Source: an uncultured archaeon
GTDB lineage: Archaea > Thermoproteota > Nitrososphaeria_A > Caldarchaeales > Calditenuaceae
NCBI GenBank assembly: GCA_937921685.1
Contig: CAKZUF010000027.1
Coordinates: 1 to 17,605, forward strand
Direction of reading: 5' to 3'
DNA: 17,605 nucleotides
Of the stretch, positions 15,862 to 17,605 are shown one piece after another; within the stretch, counting starts at the first letter, position 1; every line of letters starts with the position of its first letter. The notes under the pieces are model-generated. The model was not told where the DNA came from. It ran no database searches and saw only the letters and a program-made list of their open reading frames with translations. The position numbers were made by a program, and so were the translations under genes.

Positions 15862-17211
15862 ATGGACGTAGGTGAGGCGCTTAGAAAGGCGATCTCCCGC
15901 TTCATGGGTCAGGCTTCACATGATAAGGAGGCTCTAGAGGAGCTTATCAGGGACATTCAGAGAGCCCTGCTCTCCGCAGACGTGAATGTTGAGCTGGTCA
16001 TGGAACTCTCGGAGAATATCCGGAGAAAAGCAGCCGAGTCCAGGCCGCCACCAGGAGTCTCGAGAAGGGACCACATCTTCAAGATACTCTATGAAGAGCT
16101 TGTGAGGCTTCTTGGCGGTGTCCAGCCCCCCTACAAGCCCCGGGGCAGGCCACACGTGCTGGTGACGGTCGGCATACAGGGGTCGGGGAAGACAACCAGT
16201 GTCGCCAAGCTCTCATACTACCTAGCCAAGCACGGGTATAAGGTGGGGGTTGTCTGCGCAGACACCTACAGGCCCGCAGCCCTCATACAGCTTCAACAGC
16301 TCCTCCAGGACAAGGCCATCCCAGTATACGGAGAGGCAGACTCCTCAGACCCCACCTCAATAGCGAGGCGGGGTATAGAGAGCCTAAAGTCGAGGGGCCT
16401 CGACGTAATAATAGTCGACACTGCGGGCAGGCATAAGGACCAGGACTCGCTTATGAGGGAGATGGAAGAGATACTAAAGACGCTGAGACCGGATGAGGTT
16501 GTCCTCGTATTGGACGCAACCATTGGACAGAGGGCGAGGAGCCAGGCCGAGGCTTTCAACCGCGTAGCTAAGATTGGCTGGGTTATGCTAACGAAGATGG
16601 ACACATCCGCTAGGGCGGGCGGCGCGCTCTCGGCCGTTGCTGCAACAGGCGCGCCCATCCGCTTCATAGGGACGGGAGAACGCATTGAAGACATAGAGAC
16701 ATTCTCAGCCGACAGATACTTGGCGCGGCTACTCGGCATGCCCGACATAGCCGGCCTCGTCGAGAGGGTGAGGCTCGCAGAGGTGAAGATCTCCGAGGAC
16801 GCGGCGGAGAAGATGATGAGTGGGCGGTTCACTCTGCCCGACATGGTAAACCAGTTGAAAGAGGTCGCCAAGATGGGGCCTCTCGATAAACTCCTCTCGA
16901 TGCTCCCACTCCCTAAGGTTAAGTCGATAGACGTTGAGGGGTTGGAGGAGCAGGTGAAGAGGTGGGAGGCAGTGGTGAACTCCATGACACCAGAGGAGAG
17001 GCGAGACCCTACAATAATAGACTCGTCAAGGGCCAGAAGGATTGCGAGGGGTGCAGGCGTGACTGAAAGGGATGTTAAACAACTAATCAAGCGCTATAAC
17101 GAGACTAAGCGTCTGATGAAGACGCTGAAGCGTAGCGCCGGCAGGATGCCGCGTGACCTCCTTCTTGGGCTGGGGCGTAGGGAGTTTGAGAGAGACGCTC
17201 TCAAAGGCTAG
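15862..17211 (+). CDS. srp54: Signal recognition particle protein SRP54
   Basis: 449-aa ORF. It has an N domain and a G domain with GIQGSGKTTSVAKL (G1), DTYRPAA, DTAGR (G3) and LTKMD (G4). A Met-rich M domain (MMSGRFTLPDMVNQLKEVAKMGPLDKLLSMLP) is followed by a basic C-terminus. Confidence 0.95.
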   Translation: MDVGEALRKAISRFMGQASHDKEALEELIRDIQRALLSADVNVELVMELSENIRRKAAESRPPPGVSRRDHIFKILYEELVRLLGGVQPPYKPRGRPHVLVTVGIQGSGKTTSVAKLSYYLAKHGYKVGVVCADTYRPAALIQLQQLLQDKAIPVYGEADSSDPTSIARRGIESLKSRGLDVIIVDTAGRHKDQDSLMREMEEILKTLRPDEVVLVLDATIGQRARSQAEAFNRVAKIGWVMLTKMDTSARAGGALSAVAATGAPIRFIGTGERIEDIETFSADRYLARLLGMPDIAGLVERVRLAEVKISEDAAEKMMSGRFTLPDMVNQLKEVAKMGPLDKLLSMLPLPKVKSIDVEGLEEQVKRWEAVVNSMTPEERRDPTIIDSSRARRIARGAGVTERDVKQLIKRYNETKRLMKTLKRSAGRMPRDLLLGLGRREFERDALKG

Positions 17212-17605
17212 GCAGATTCTCATAAAATATCGGCTTTGCAACAGGTGTTTAGGAAGGCTCCTAGCCCCAAACAGGCCTAGCTCAGAATCCCTCAACACAG
17301 GTGAAGTTATTAAGGCGGAGCTGCTGGATGAGGCTCGCGCCCTGCTAGACCGGCACCAAGAGGAGGCCACGGCTCTGATCAAGGTGCTATCAGAGTCAGG
17401 GTATAGGATGGCACAAGATGAGGCGTTAAGCCGTGGACTTGGAGTCGAGAAGAAAACATGCCCTATCTGCCTAGATAGGCTCACAGACGAGGTGATCGAC
17501 GCTGTTGTGGCAGAGGCGGTTAGAAGGGTTTCAGACTACGAGTTTGAAGACTTCCTCGTCGGCGCGTATATCCCTAAATACATAGCCGCGATCGAGGAGC
17601 GGATA
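17186..17605 (+). CDS. pus10: tRNA pseudouridine synthase Pus10, N-terminal part (zinc ribbon plus the start of the THUMP region). Truncated by the window end.
   Basis: This open frame is absent from the supplied ORF track because it has no stop in the window. I translated it by hand: (TTG)RETLKARQILIKYRLCNRCLGRLLA...KKTCPICLDRL...YEFEDFLVGAYIPKYIAAIEERI. The Y.LC..CLGR motif plus a second CxxC and the F..FLVG motif match my recollection of archaeal Pus10. The frame opens after the stop at 17132-17134. Start candidates are GTG 17153, TTG 17165 and TTG 17186. I prefer 17186 because of its spacing to the first CxxC. The gene overlaps the srp54 3' end. Confidence 0.6.
   Translation, partial: MRETLSKARQILIKYRLCNRCLGRLLAPNRPSSESLNTGEVIKAELLDEARALLDRHQEEATALIKVLSESGYRMAQDEALSRGLGVEKKTCPICLDRLTDEVIDAVVAEAVRRVSDYEFEDFLVGAYIPKYIAAIEERI

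Noticed and set aside
16293-17484. Long minus-strand ORFs (265 aa and 133 aa) opposite srp54 and pus10.
   Set aside because: They are Ser/Leu/Ala/Arg-rich translations of the antisense of strongly supported genes, with no motifs. The same reasoning applies to the antisense or off-frame ORFs at 1061-1495, 1139-1513, 9005-9340, 10892-11467, 14972-15316 and similar.
1-17605. I looked for CRISPR arrays, IS elements or terminal inverted repeats, and rRNA genes.
   Set aside because: There are no regularly spaced direct repeats other than the in-frame 84-bp coding repeat at 130-486. I recognised no transposase or integrase-like ORF and no rRNA-like sequence.

Overview
The window reads as a chromosomal segment from a thermophilic, probably crenarchaeal, archaeon. 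The evidence is a tRNA with no encoded CCA, A/T-rich TATA-like boxes about 25-35 nt upstream of start codons (implying leaderless or short-leader mRNAs), frequent GTG/TTG starts, Pus10, SRP54 and a split methylmalonyl-CoA mutase. All family calls come from motif recognition by eye; nothing was searched.

Gene order:
- a coiled-coil repeat protein with a nuclease-like C-terminus (10-891, +)
- an adenosine-specific-kinase-family protein (1092-1583, +)
- a TldD/PmbA-family protein (1655-2989, -)
- a 536-aa protein with a C-terminal atypical kinase fold (3100-4710, +)
- two tandem paralogous Pol-beta-type nucleotidyltransferases with OB-like C-termini (4718-5743 and 5780-6826, -)
- a TerC-family membrane protein (6906-7886, +)
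- the MCM B12-binding subunit (8224-8658, +), convergent with a meaB-mcm operon (8666-11442, -)
- a small accessory islet holding a fused HEPN(DUF86)-MNT protein (11843-12700, -) and a retropepsin-like aspartic protease (12955-13329, -)
- a decayed second copy of meaB (about 13470-13801, -)
- tRNA-Ile(GAU) (14201-14275, +)
- an OFA-type MFS transporter (14391-15623, +)
- SRP54 (15862-17211, +)
- the 5' part of Pus10 (17186 to the window end, +)

I saw no CRISPR array, transposase or integrase.

Most interesting observations:
1. The HEPN-MNT single-chain fusion has the HEPN catalytic His replaced by Arg.
2. The accessory islet is bracketed by a functional meaB and a transition-riddled meaB relic in the same orientation.
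3. The tandem pair of uncharacterised NTase+OB paralogs.
4. A near-perfect 84-bp (4 x 21 bp) tandem repeat encodes a Trp-containing QNxLWE heptad array.

None of these can be shown to be a new system from sequence alone.
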